Shown here in pieces: positions 9,390-18,298 of a stretch of 64,000 nt of DNA. The stretch is from Planctomycetota bacterium (GTDB taxonomy: Bacteria; Planctomycetota; SZUA-567; H5-PLA8), in assembly GCA_045863855.1 (NCBI GenBank), contig BTVV01000005.1, forward strand, positions 32,001 through 96,000. Reading direction: 5' to 3'. Position 1 is the stretch's first letter; each line of letters opens with the position of its first letter. The notes below the pieces were generated by a model. That model had not been told where the DNA came from and ran no database searches. It saw nothing but the letters and a program-made list of their open reading frames with translations. Made by a program: the position numbers and the translations under genes.

Positions 9390-10700
9390 ATGCAATCCGC
9401 GAGCATTCGTCGAAGGATCGGAAGCCAGGTGCTGGCGGCGGCTCTGTGGGCGGCTTGTGCGGCTCTTTATGCCGGCGAAGAGTCGGCTTGGGAGAAAGTG
9501 CCCGCGCAGGATCTGCCACTCCCGCGGATCGACCAGATTCTTTCGCCGGGGCTTTTCGACGGCGAGCTGCGACGCACGGTGCTGTGCCCGCCTGACGGGA
9601 AGCCGGTGGACTTCGGCCTGCCGCACGACGGCACGGGCGCGGACAAGCGGCCCTATCCGGCGCTGATGGGCGCGTACAAGCGGGCCGGCGCGCAGGGCTT
9701 TTTGTGGCTCGACCTGAACGCCGACGGAAAACAGGACCCGGCGGAGGCGTTGCCGGTCAAAGACGGCCAGGAGCTGGGCCCGTTTCGCTGGGAAGCGCAT
9801 TACGACGACGGGACTTCTGGCCCCTACCTCTTCAAGCTGAAGCACAGCGGCGAGGCGGGCCATTTCACGGTGCTGCGCGCGCAAGGCAAGCAGGCGCGCT
9901 TCAAGCAGCATGCCGTGGTGTTGTTGGACGAGAACGGAAACGGCCGCTACGACGATCTGGGTCAGGACGCGGTGCTGGTGCAGGGGCAACCGATAACGTT
10001 CCTGAGCCGGCAGCTTTACCTGGGCGACGACCTCTTCGAACTGCTGGTTCATCCGGCCGGGCAGACGCTGGAACTGCGCCCGCTGCCCAAGACGGAAATG
10101 GGTGAAGTAAACCTCTTTCATATGTACAGGCCGGCGCAGAAATCCGAAGCCCTGCGCTTTCACACGCTGATTGTGCAAGGGCGCGATGGCGCTTTCTCCT
10201 TCGACGACCAGATCAAGAGCCGGATGCTCCCGGCGGGCGCGTACGACCTGGTCTTCGGCCTGCTGGAGCGCGGGACCGAGCGGGTGATTCTGAAGCGCGG
10301 CGAGCGGACGTCGTTCACGGTGGAGCCCGGGAAGATTGCGACGCCGGCGTGGGGCGGGCCGGTGGCCGGCAAGCTGAACCTCGAGAGCGACGGGAAGGTG
10401 GTGAAGGTCCATAAGCCGCTCTTCATGGGCCAGGGAAGCGAAATTTACTTGCCGACGGACTGGGAGAAAATCCCGCTGCGCGCGGCGTTGTATTACATTT
10501 GGTACGATCAGGTGTACCGCGCCGAACGGAGCGACGTATCTGGGAATAAACCGTACGAGTTGAAGCCCAACGGCGATTTAGCTCCGGTGGAATTCGCGAT
10601 CGTATCGAGCAACGAATACAAGGTGGTGGTGGAATACAAGTCGGGCATTCTGGGCACGGTGAAGGCGGAAGAGCGGGTCAATCTGGTGGCGAAGCGGTAG
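9390..10700 (+). CDS. Exported hypothetical protein with DxNxDG-like Ca-binding motifs
   Basis: Signal-peptide-like N-terminus (AAALWAACAALYA); WLDLNADGKQD and LLDENGNGRYDD; coding-like codon bias. Confidence 0.75.
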   Translation: MQSASIRRRIGSQVLAAALWAACAALYAGEESAWEKVPAQDLPLPRIDQILSPGLFDGELRRTVLCPPDGKPVDFGLPHDGTGADKRPYPALMGAYKRAGAQGFLWLDLNADGKQDPAEALPVKDGQELGPFRWEAHYDDGTSGPYLFKLKHSGEAGHFTVLRAQGKQARFKQHAVVLLDENGNGRYDDLGQDAVLVQGQPITFLSRQLYLGDDLFELLVHPAGQTLELRPLPKTEMGEVNLFHMYRPAQKSEALRFHTLIVQGRDGAFSFDDQIKSRMLPAGAYDLVFGLLERGTERVILKRGERTSFTVEPGKIATPAWGGPVAGKLNLESDGKVVKVHKPLFMGQGSEIYLPTDWEKIPLRAALYYIWYDQVYRAERSDVSGNKPYELKPNGDLAPVEFAIVSSNEYKVVVEYKSGILGTVKAEERVNLVAKR

Positions 10701-10760
10701 GGATGAAGTTAGGGCAGGCGCTTATTGCTTGAGCAGTTACCAATTCCACCATCCCCTTCC

Positions 10761-11531
10761 CTACTCGAAGCATCCCCCAAAGAGAATTTTCTCCGCTTCG
10801 TTTTCCGCGGTGGCGTAGGCGGCCGTTTGGGCGGGGGTTTGGCCGAAGCGGTGCACATGGCTGGCGTGGAAGCCGAAGATCGCGGCGATACGCAGACCTT
10901 CTTCGCGCCGGACCGAACCGCGGTGCCAGAGGCGCTGATCCCAAAGCACCACGTCGCCTTTGCGACAGGCAAGCGGGGCGGAAGGCGAGCCGTTGAAAGG
11001 CGACAATTCAACCACGCGGTGCGAGCGCGGAATCACGTGAGTCGGACCGTGGCGCAGCGTCAGATCCTCGAAGTACATGTTCACGTGGACGACCAGCGGA
11101 TAGTGATAATAAACATTCCCGAACTGCGCGACGTTGTGGTCGCCGTCGCGGTGCCAGCCTTCGGGCTCCGGCGCCGTAGGGTTGGCTTTGTGGATCAGCC
11201 AACTGGGATGAAAAAGCGTCGGGTTGACGCGTTCGTAATTGGGCCAAAGGGAACGACGTACCATGTCGCGCAGGCGTGGCGCCTTGGCCGGCCAGATCGA
11301 GTGCGGCACGTCGTCGGGCACGGTTAGACCCTTGCCGCGCTCTTCCTGCGCGCGTATCAGCGCGTAAAGTTGTTCTCGAAACGCATCGACGGTGTCGGGC
11401 TTGAAGACCTCTTCGAGAACCACGAAGCCTTGATCTCTGAAAAGCTGGAGCATGTTGCCGATATCGTTGAAGTGATAGGGCTCTTCGACGAAGCGCAGTG
11501 CGGGAGCGTCCATGCGAGGCCATCCTTCCAT
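10761..11531 (-). CDS. Phytanoyl-CoA dioxygenase (PhyH) family Fe(II)/2OG oxygenase
   Basis: FRDQGFVVLE, WHRD (HxD), GPTHVIPRSH, GDVVLWDQRLWHRG. Confidence 0.88.
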   Translation of the reverse strand: MEGWPRMDAPALRFVEEPYHFNDIGNMLQLFRDQGFVVLEEVFKPDTVDAFREQLYALIRAQEERGKGLTVPDDVPHSIWPAKAPRLRDMVRRSLWPNYERVNPTLFHPSWLIHKANPTAPEPEGWHRDGDHNVAQFGNVYYHYPLVVHVNMYFEDLTLRHGPTHVIPRSHRVVELSPFNGSPSAPLACRKGDVVLWDQRLWHRGSVRREEGLRIAAIFGFHASHVHRFGQTPAQTAAYATAENEAEKILFGGCFE

Positions 11532-11895
11532 TTAGAATAGATGAGAAATCTCGTTCCGTTGCACCGCCTAGGGGCTCGTCCAGCCGCCGGGGTGGTTCGA
11601 TGCCTACAGTTACACCTAGAAATCGAAAAAAGTAAAGTTAAATCGCCAGCTCAGGCCACCAGCGTCCATTGGAGCGCATAAGTTATTTATACATAAGAAT
11701 ATAAATACACAATCCGAACATCGCGTTTCGCTCTAAGCGGGGCCAAACTCGCGTAACTTTTTACCGGTATATAGCGCGTATACAACCGTTCGTGCACCGC
11801 TGCGCCGAAGTATTTTAGAAGTCCGCGATAATCCGGTCGCACCCGACCCATCGCGCCGTCTGAAGGAAAACCGAAGGCGGCACGGAGGAAATTCG

Positions 11896-14800
11896 ATGCG
11901 ACAGACACGTTGGTGGCCTGGAGTGGCGGGGCTGGTGTTGAGCATGGTGGCGGGCCCTGCTTGCGCGGGACAAGCGCCTAATCGAGGAGCGGAAGAAGCC
12001 GCGCCCGCGGCCGAAGATGCGACGCCGGGACTGATCGGGCGGCGCATGGTCCACAACGCCAGCCGGCTCAAGGTAGCCACCGAGAATGCGTGGACGATGC
12101 GTGCCGACGGGCAGGTGCCGGTCGGCAGCCTCACGGCCAAGCAGCCGGGACAGGACACTCCGGCCGTCCTGGGATTGCGCGACCTCGAAGTCTGCACGCA
12201 GATCGAAGGCCTCGCCGCGCGCACCACCGTCACGCATGTCTTTTCGAATCAAACCGACGCGACGCTGGAGGGCGTCTTTACATTTTCGCTCCCGGCGGAC
12301 GCCGCGGTGGACCGATTCGCGATGACGATCTTCAGCGAACACGACCTTATGGAAGCAAGTCTGGTCGAAGCGGGCCGCGCACGCAGCGCGTACGAGCAGA
12401 TCGTGTACGGTTCGCCGATAGTGGTCGACCCGGGGCTGCTGGAATGGGTGAATGCGCATACGTTCCGCGCGACGATCTTCCCGATTCCGGCACAGGGCAC
12501 CAAGACGATCGTCCTCTCGTACGTGCAGATGTTAACGCAGACGGTGCGGCCAGACGGAAGCCTGGAAGTGCGCTACCGGCATCCGCTCAGCGCAGCGGAC
12601 GCGGAAGGCCCGCAGGCGCTTCCGGCTTCGCGAGTGGCGCTGCGTGCGCATGTTCACGGCTGGCCGAAGGGCACGCAGGTTTCCGCGTCGCACGGCGCGA
12701 AGGCCGAGCCGGGCGTCTTCGGAGATCTGCGGCTGGGCGCGGATCTGGCGCAGGGAACGGCGCTTACCGACGCATGGGCGCTGACGCTGATCGCGCCGGC
12801 GGGCGAGGCGCGCGAATGCGCGATGCAGGCGTATCGCCCGAACGGTTCCGAACCTGGGCGCTTCGCGCTGACGCTGACGCCGCGCGCGGCGGCCGCGGAC
12901 GAACCCGTGGACGTGCTCTTCCTGGTGGATACTTCGGCGAGCCGAAAGGGCACGGAACTGAACGCGCACACGGCGCTGATCGAAGCGGCGCTGAAAGGCC
13001 TGCGCGCCAACGACCGTTTTGCGGTTCTTGCCTACGACGTTCATGCTCGCGCATGCCCCGGCGGCTGGCAGACACCGACGCTGACGTCGATTCAAGCGGC
13101 GGTGGAATGGCTGAGTGCGATTCATCCGCTGGGCGCGACGGACGTGGCCGGCGCACTGCGCACGGCGGCGCAGGAGTTCGTACCGGGCGCGCGGGGGCGT
13201 TCGCGCGTGGTCCTGCTGGGCGACATCGAAGCGACGTACGGCGAGCGCGCACCGGACGCGCTGCGCAAGGAGATGCTGGCTTTGCAGGACGCGCTGAAGG
13301 CCGAATGGATCGCGATCTGTCCGGGCATCGGCGGCACGGAAAGCAGCGCACGCGGGGAGGCATGGCGCAAGCTGGTGGAAGTGACGAACGGGCCGGTCCT
13401 GAATCTCGGCGCCGAAGGCGATCCTGTGGCGCTGGGCCGGACGGTGGCCGAACGGCTGCGCCTGCCGGTGTTGCGCGATGTGAGCATCGTCGTGAGCCAG
13501 TTGGGCGGCACCTCATGTTCGTTGGCCGAGCCGGCGCTGGCCGGGCGCTGGGCGAACGTAAGCACGACGCTGTACGGAAGCTACGTGCAGGCCGGGACGG
13601 CAACGGTGCGGCTGGATGGAACGCTGGACGGTCTGGCGTACTCGAAGGAATGGCAAGTCGAGTTGCCCGCGACCGAGTCGGCGAATCGCGCGACGGGACG
13701 CCTGTGGGCTCGCGCGCGCCTGAACGCGTTGACCGGCGCGCAACCGGAAACCAAAGCGGAGGCTTTGCAGGTGGCGTTGGAGCAGCATGTGCTGAGTCCG
13801 CTGACGGCGTTCCTCGTACTGGAGAGCGAACGGATGTTCCAGGATTTCAACATCGCCCGTCCGGACACGGAGCAAATGCGCACCGATATGGCCGGCCGCA
13901 CGCTCATGGGCGGCGTACGCGCGGCGCCGGCGCTGGAAATCGGCGTGGCTGCGAACCGCAGGGTGTTCGCGGCGCAGCCGATTCCTCCGCTGCCAAACGG
14001 CATGCACGGCAGCGCATTGAACGGTCCGGTCGACGTAGGCGGCGTGCGCGTGATCCTGGGCTTACAGAAAGTCGAGGTCGCTCAGCGGCAGGAGCCGAAC
14101 GGCCGTCCGCTGACGGACTTCGAACGCTTCGAGCGCCGCTTTAAGCTGACGCGGATGTTGGCTAGCGCACGCGGGCTGCCCTTCGAGCCCGAGACGGCGT
14201 TGCCGCAGAAGTGGCTCCAGCCGGTTGTGTTCTCGGGCGAAGGACTTGAGCGCATGATCCGGCGCTACCAAGGCGCCGGCGACTCGTTCATCTGGTCGGC
14301 GCTTTCGCGCCAGCCTTCCGCCGCGCCGGAGACTTGGCGCGGCGCTTGGGAAGCCCCGCCCGCGGACGAACAGAACCTGGCCCGGCTGGCCGACCCGCGC
14401 GATCGTTCGCGCCTTCACCTCGACGAGCGGGACGAATCGTTCTCGCTGCGCTCGAACGAGTTCGCACACTACCTGCTGGCGGCGATCTCGAGCGCGGGAG
14501 CGTATCCGATTCCCGAAGCGAGCGAGCTGCAGCGGCAGCTCAAAACGGTGCGTGAACGCGTCTACGACCTGCGAACGATTCCGGCGGAATCGAAGATCGC
14601 GACGTACAACTTCCTGGCTGAGTTGATGCTGTCCGAGGGCCAGACGAAGGCGGCGCTGGCGTGCGCCGAGCGCGCACTGGCCGGCGAGAAGACGCTGCGC
14701 AGCGCGAACGATCCGCGCCCGGCTCGGCTGAGCCATCTGCTGAAGGCGCTGGCACACCATCTACGCACCGAATACCCGCAGGCCGCGGCGGAGTACCGCG

Positions 14801-15090
14801 CGCTGCTGGACGGCGGCGCGGCGGTGGCGGCCGAACACCGTGATGCGGTGTATTGGGCGCTGCTGATGGCGATGGTGCAGGGCGGGGACAAGGACGGCGG
14901 TATTGCGGTGCTCGAACGCTGGTGCAAGGAAAGCCTGTACCGAAAGGAACTGTGCGAAGAATTGGGCAAGGGCTACCTGATGGTGGAGCGCGTGGACGAC
15001 GCCATCCGCGCGTTCTCGACGCGGGCGGAGTTCGACCCGCAGCTTGGCGAGGCCGTGGCTTCGCCGGCGGGCTTCCTGCCCAAGCAGTAA
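11896..15090 (+). CDS. Exported VIT + von Willebrand A + TPR-like protein
   Basis: Signal peptide; VIT (ARTTVTHVFSN...LEGVFTFSLP...DPGLLEW...IFPIPA); vWA MIDAS VDTSAS, GATD, LLGD; LWARARL...LSPLTAFLVLE; TPR-like helical C-terminus. Confidence 0.85.
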   Translation: MRQTRWWPGVAGLVLSMVAGPACAGQAPNRGAEEAAPAAEDATPGLIGRRMVHNASRLKVATENAWTMRADGQVPVGSLTAKQPGQDTPAVLGLRDLEVCTQIEGLAARTTVTHVFSNQTDATLEGVFTFSLPADAAVDRFAMTIFSEHDLMEASLVEAGRARSAYEQIVYGSPIVVDPGLLEWVNAHTFRATIFPIPAQGTKTIVLSYVQMLTQTVRPDGSLEVRYRHPLSAADAEGPQALPASRVALRAHVHGWPKGTQVSASHGAKAEPGVFGDLRLGADLAQGTALTDAWALTLIAPAGEARECAMQAYRPNGSEPGRFALTLTPRAAAADEPVDVLFLVDTSASRKGTELNAHTALIEAALKGLRANDRFAVLAYDVHARACPGGWQTPTLTSIQAAVEWLSAIHPLGATDVAGALRTAAQEFVPGARGRSRVVLLGDIEATYGERAPDALRKEMLALQDALKAEWIAICPGIGGTESSARGEAWRKLVEVTNGPVLNLGAEGDPVALGRTVAERLRLPVLRDVSIVVSQLGGTSCSLAEPALAGRWANVSTTLYGSYVQAGTATVRLDGTLDGLAYSKEWQVELPATESANRATGRLWARARLNALTGAQPETKAEALQVALEQHVLSPLTAFLVLESERMFQDFNIARPDTEQMRTDMAGRTLMGGVRAAPALEIGVAANRRVFAAQPIPPLPNGMHGSALNGPVDVGGVRVILGLQKVEVAQRQEPNGRPLTDFERFERRFKLTRMLASARGLPFEPETALPQKWLQPVVFSGEGLERMIRRYQGAGDSFIWSALSRQPSAAPETWRGAWEAPPADEQNLARLADPRDRSRLHLDERDESFSLRSNEFAHYLLAAISSAGAYPIPEASELQRQLKTVRERVYDLRTIPAESKIATYNFLAELMLSEGQTKAALACAERALAGEKTLRSANDPRPARLSHLLKALAHHLRTEYPQAAAEYRALLDGGAAVAAEHRDAVYWALLMAMVQGGDKDGGIAVLERWCKESLYRKELCEELGKGYLMVERVDDAIRAFSTRAEFDPQLGEAVASPAGFLPKQ

Positions 15091-15115
15091 GTGCTGGTTA
15101 AGTACGAGGATCTCG

Positions 15116-15148
15116 AAACGGGCGGCCCGAGCGGCTGCCCGTTTTTTT
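15116..15148 (+). terminator. Rho-independent terminator
   Basis: AAACGGGCGGCC-CGAGC-GGCTGCCCGTTTTTTT. Confidence 0.8.
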
Positions 15149-15183
15149 GGCTGCACCGGGTTCCTCTTCGAGTCGGCTTTAAT

Positions 15184-15203
15184 ACTTAGGTATTAACCTA
15201 AGT
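15184..15203. promoter_or_regulatory. Palindromic operator, probably ArsR autoregulatory site
   Basis: Perfect ACTTAGGT-ATTA-ACCTAAGT, 24 nt upstream of the ArsR-family gene. Confidence 0.7.
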
Positions 15204-15227
15204 GACGAGCCGGGCTATGTTCACCGC

Positions 15228-15566
15228 ATGACCGCTGCCGCTCCCCCCATGGACGCCGTCTTTCGTGCGCTGGGCGATCCCACCCGGCGGCGAGTCGTAG
15301 AACGGTTGAGCCGGCGGCCGGCGACCGTTACCGAGTTGGCGGAACCGTTCGAGATGGCGCTGCCTTCGTTCGTGCAACATATGCGCGTACTGGAAGATTG
15401 CGGACTGGTGCGGTCGAAAAAGCAGGGGCGGGTTCGTACGTACGAGCTGGCTCCGGAACGGCTGAAACTGGCGGAAGACTGGTTGCTGAAACAGCGCACT
15501 CTCTGGGTGCAGCGCCTGGATCAGCTCGACGGATACCTCACCAAACTCAAGGAGAACGGTACATGA
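15228..15566 (+). CDS. ArsR/SmtB family transcriptional regulator
   Basis: [17 protein letters not shown]...[35 protein letters not shown]. Confidence 0.92.
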   Translation: MTAAAPPMDAVFRALGDPTRRRVVERLSRRPATVTELAEPFEMALPSFVQHMRVLEDCGLVRSKKQGRVRTYELAPERLKLAEDWLLKQRTLWVQRLDQLDGYLTKLKENGT

Positions 15567-16045
15567 CGGCTTCCAAGCATTCGAACGTCGATCCCAAGCT
15601 GGACCTGGTGCTGGAACGCATCGTGGACGTGCCGCCGGAATTGGTCTGGGCGGCGTGGACGAAGCCGGAGCACCTGAAAGAATGGTTCACGCCGCGGCCG
15701 TGGACGGTTTCCGAAGTCGAACTGGATGTGCGGCCGGGCGGCATCTTCCGGACGGTCATGTGTTCTCCGGAAGGAAAAGAGTTTCCCAACGTGGGCATTT
15801 ACCTGGAAGTGGTGCCGAACAAGCGCCTGGTTTTCACGGACGCGCTGCTGCCGGGGTACCGCCCCGCCCCCAACCCGTTCATGACGGCGATCGTGACGCT
15901 GGAAGCGCACGGAAAAGGGACGCGCTACGTCGCTACGGCGCTGCATCGCGACGAGGCCGCGCGTGAACAGCACGAGAAGATGGGCTTCCACGACGGCTGG
16001 GGCAAAGCGTTGGACCAGTTGGTGGCGCTGGCGAAGACGCTGTAA
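15563..16045 (+). CDS. SRPBCC/AHSA1 (START-like) domain protein
   Basis: ATGA overlap with Ars[27 protein letters not shown]...DVRPGG...[14 protein letters not shown]. Confidence 0.92.
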   Translation: MTASKHSNVDPKLDLVLERIVDVPPELVWAAWTKPEHLKEWFTPRPWTVSEVELDVRPGGIFRTVMCSPEGKEFPNVGIYLEVVPNKRLVFTDALLPGYRPAPNPFMTAIVTLEAHGKGTRYVATALHRDEAAREQHEKMGFHDGWGKALDQLVALAKTL

Positions 16046-16057
16046 CGCCGAACCGAG

Positions 16058-17644
16058 TCAGGGAGCGGTGCGTTCAACCGAACCGCTGCGTGCGGGGTTT
16101 CCGCCAGGCATAGGCCAGTCCTCGGGAGCCGAGAGGCCGGTGTAGATCGCGTGCAGTTTATTGTCGCTCGAGGCGACGAAGGCCAGGTCGCCGGAAACGG
16201 CCAGTCCCGAGCAGCCATTGCATGCCGCCGTCCAGTGGCGCGCTCCGGTGGCCACGTCAAAGGCCGCTAAGGCGCCGCCATGCCGCGTACCGGCCAGGAT
16301 CGTTTCGCCCAGCACGATAGGTCCGGCGAACATGCTCCCGCCCAACTCCTGCCGCCAGCGCTCGTGCCCGGTCTTGGCGTCCAGCGCCCGTAATCGCCCC
16401 TTGGCTCCGAGATGGATCAGCATCCCGTTGCGGTACGCGAACTCGTTGCGCCACATGGACGGTCCTTCGGCGGCCCAGACGCGTTTACCGTCGGCCAGAT
16501 TCAGCGCGAAGATTCCTTCATCGCCCGCGACAAATACGCGCTCGCCGGCCACCAGCGGGGTCACGCCACACTTCTTCAATATATTGAATCGCCAACGTTC
16601 GGCGCCGGTTTCCGCATCGAGCGCCACGGCGCCGCCCTCACGAAGGCCGACTACGATGAGTCCTTGGGCCCAGGCCGGCGCCGAGAAGGCGGAAGGGCCG
16701 ATCTGAGCATCCCAAATTTTCTCGCCGGTCTTGGAGTTACACGCGAGAAAGGTTCCCGACCAAGTTGCGCAATACACGCGGCCGTTGACCACCAGCGGCG
16801 AGGAGTCTCCGCCGCCGGTTGTCTGGCGCCAGACTTCGGTTCCGGTTTGCGCCTCCAGCGCCACGAGAGCGGAATTGGGCTTCTTTCCGGTCGCGTTGAT
16901 AAAGACCAGCCCTTCGCTTATGGCCGGTTCGGACTCAACCAGGTGATTGGGAAAGCTCCACAGGAATTTGCCACTGGCGGTGTCGAAGGTTTGGATACCT
17001 CGATTACCGCCGGTAGAAACGTACACCCAACCGCCTTGAACGCTCAACGAGCCCAAGGACTGCAACCCCTCAATGTCCACGCTCCAGCGCGGCAGGCCGG
17101 GCGTCCAGTAGGCGATCAGCGATTGCAGCCGCGCGCGCGCGTCCAGGTCTTCGTTGCGTTCCAACAACTCCTTAAGCAGCGGCAGGAAGGCGCGGCCCAC
17201 CCCCGGTTGCCGCAGGTGGAACGAGAGCGCTTGGGACGCTTGCTCGCGAACCTCCGGGTTTTCGTCGGCCAGCAGCGCGACGAGCCTCCGCACGTCCGCT
17301 TCCGAGAATGGTTTCGGGGGCTTGGGTTCTTCGCCGGACGCCGGTAAATCGGGCTGATCCTTCGAGCCGGAGACGGAACGAGGCGGCTCGGGCGGCGCGG
17401 CATCGAGCAGGACCAGAAACAGCACGGCCGCCGCGGCAACCAGTCCGGAAGCCACCCACAAGTCATGCGGACGCGATTCCGGATGCGCGTGCGGCGCGTG
17501 ACCGGCATCCAAGCGCGCGCGTACGCGGTCCAGCGAGCCCGAGGGCTTCAGGAGCGCGCGTACGCGGGCTTCGGTCGCGGCGCTTTCGGGGTCGAGCGGT
17601 TCATCAGCGGCAGACATGGGCGGCTCCCTTAAAGATTCGTTCAT
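16058..17644 (-). CDS. Putative anti-sigma factor: TM helix, HEAT-like module, PQQ-like beta-propeller
   Basis: ATGA overlap with the ECF sigma stop; TM LWVASGLVAAAAVLFLVLL; LADENPEVREQA; repeated ALDAxTGxxxW; C-terminal DWPMPGGNPARSG. The ORF-track start at 18208 is too long. Confidence 0.75.
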   Translation of the reverse strand: MNESLREPPMSAADEPLDPESAATEARVRALLKPSGSLDRVRARLDAGHAPHAHPESRPHDLWVASGLVAAAAVLFLVLLDAAPPEPPRSVSGSKDQPDLPASGEEPKPPKPFSEADVRRLVALLADENPEVREQASQALSFHLRQPGVGRAFLPLLKELLERNEDLDARARLQSLIAYWTPGLPRWSVDIEGLQSLGSLSVQGGWVYVSTGGNRGIQTFDTASGKFLWSFPNHLVESEPAISEGLVFINATGKKPNSALVALEAQTGTEVWRQTTGGGDSSPLVVNGRVYCATWSGTFLACNSKTGEKIWDAQIGPSAFSAPAWAQGLIVVGLREGGAVALDAETGAERWRFNILKKCGVTPLVAGERVFVAGDEGIFALNLADGKRVWAAEGPSMWRNEFAYRNGMLIHLGAKGRLRALDAKTGHERWRQELGGSMFAGPIVLGETILAGTRHGGALAAFDVATGARHWTAACNGCSGLAVSGDLAFVASSDNKLHAIYTGLSAPEDWPMPGGNPARSGSVERTAP

Positions 17645-18123
17645 TGAAAAGCAGCCAGCGCCGAGCGCAGGCGTTCCACGGCTCGAGCGTGCTGTTTGTA
17701 GACGCTGGGTAAGGGGCGCCCCAGCGTTTCGGCGATCTCTTGAAAGGTCAGCATCCCGAAAATGCGCAGCGTGACGATCTCGCGGTCTTCGTCCGGCAGA
17801 TTTTCGAGCGCTTCCCGCACCGCATGCGCGGCCAGTGGATCGGCAGTGGACGCCGCTTGCCAAGGCTCGGCCGCGCGTGCGTTGTGGCGGCGGGCCGTGG
17901 CTTCGTCGCGCAGGGCGGAGAGCGAGAGCCGGTTCGCAGCTTGGTACAGATAGGCTTTGGGATTCCTGATTCGCGCGGGGTCGGCTTGCCGCCGATAGGC
18001 GACGAAGACATCGTGCAGGAGGTCCTCGGCCCACGCCGCGTTTTTCAGGCGACTGCAGAGAAAGGCCAGGAGGCCCGGTGCATGCGCCTCGTACAGGCCG
18101 CCCCAATCCGGAACGCCGCTCAT
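17641..18123 (-). CDS. ECF sigma-70 factor
   Basis: LYEAHAPGLL...AEDLLHDVF...AYLYQAANR...LENLPDEDREIVTLR...TFQEIAETLG; start taken at ATG 18123. Confidence 0.9.
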   Translation of the reverse strand: MSGVPDWGGLYEAHAPGLLAFLCSRLKNAAWAEDLLHDVFVAYRRQADPARIRNPKAYLYQAANRLSLSALRDEATARRHNARAAEPWQAASTADPLAAHAVREALENLPDEDREIVTLRIFGMLTFQEIAETLGRPLPSVYKQHARAVERLRSALAAFQ

Positions 18124-18298
18124 CTCGAAAAAGCTTCCCCGCGCCAGACGCACCCAGCCTGAGGGCCGTTTCAGCGTACCGAGTTCGCCTTCCCGCCGCT
18201 TGACGCACTCCATCGTCGGAAACCTCACCGGGTCCGTGGGTCTATGCAATCCAGGACACGGAGGAGGGCGTTTTTTTTTCTGAAATCGGGGAAGAACG

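Noticed and set aside
11570..11606. tRNA-like GGTTCGATGCC
   Set aside because: Only a 2-bp T stem; no cloverleaf or acceptor stem can be built
11633..11698. dif-like half sites: GGAGCGCATAA (11671-11681, 10/11 to the E. coli XerC arm) and TAAAGTTAAAT (11633-11643, XerD-like)
   Set aside because: Arms are in the wrong order and spacing; the sequence 6 bp after the XerC-like arm does not match TTATGTTAAAT
16058..18208. 716-aa ORF overlapping the ECF sigma gene
   Set aside because: The N-terminal part is an off-frame read through the sigma gene; ATG 17644 with ATGA coupling is the better start
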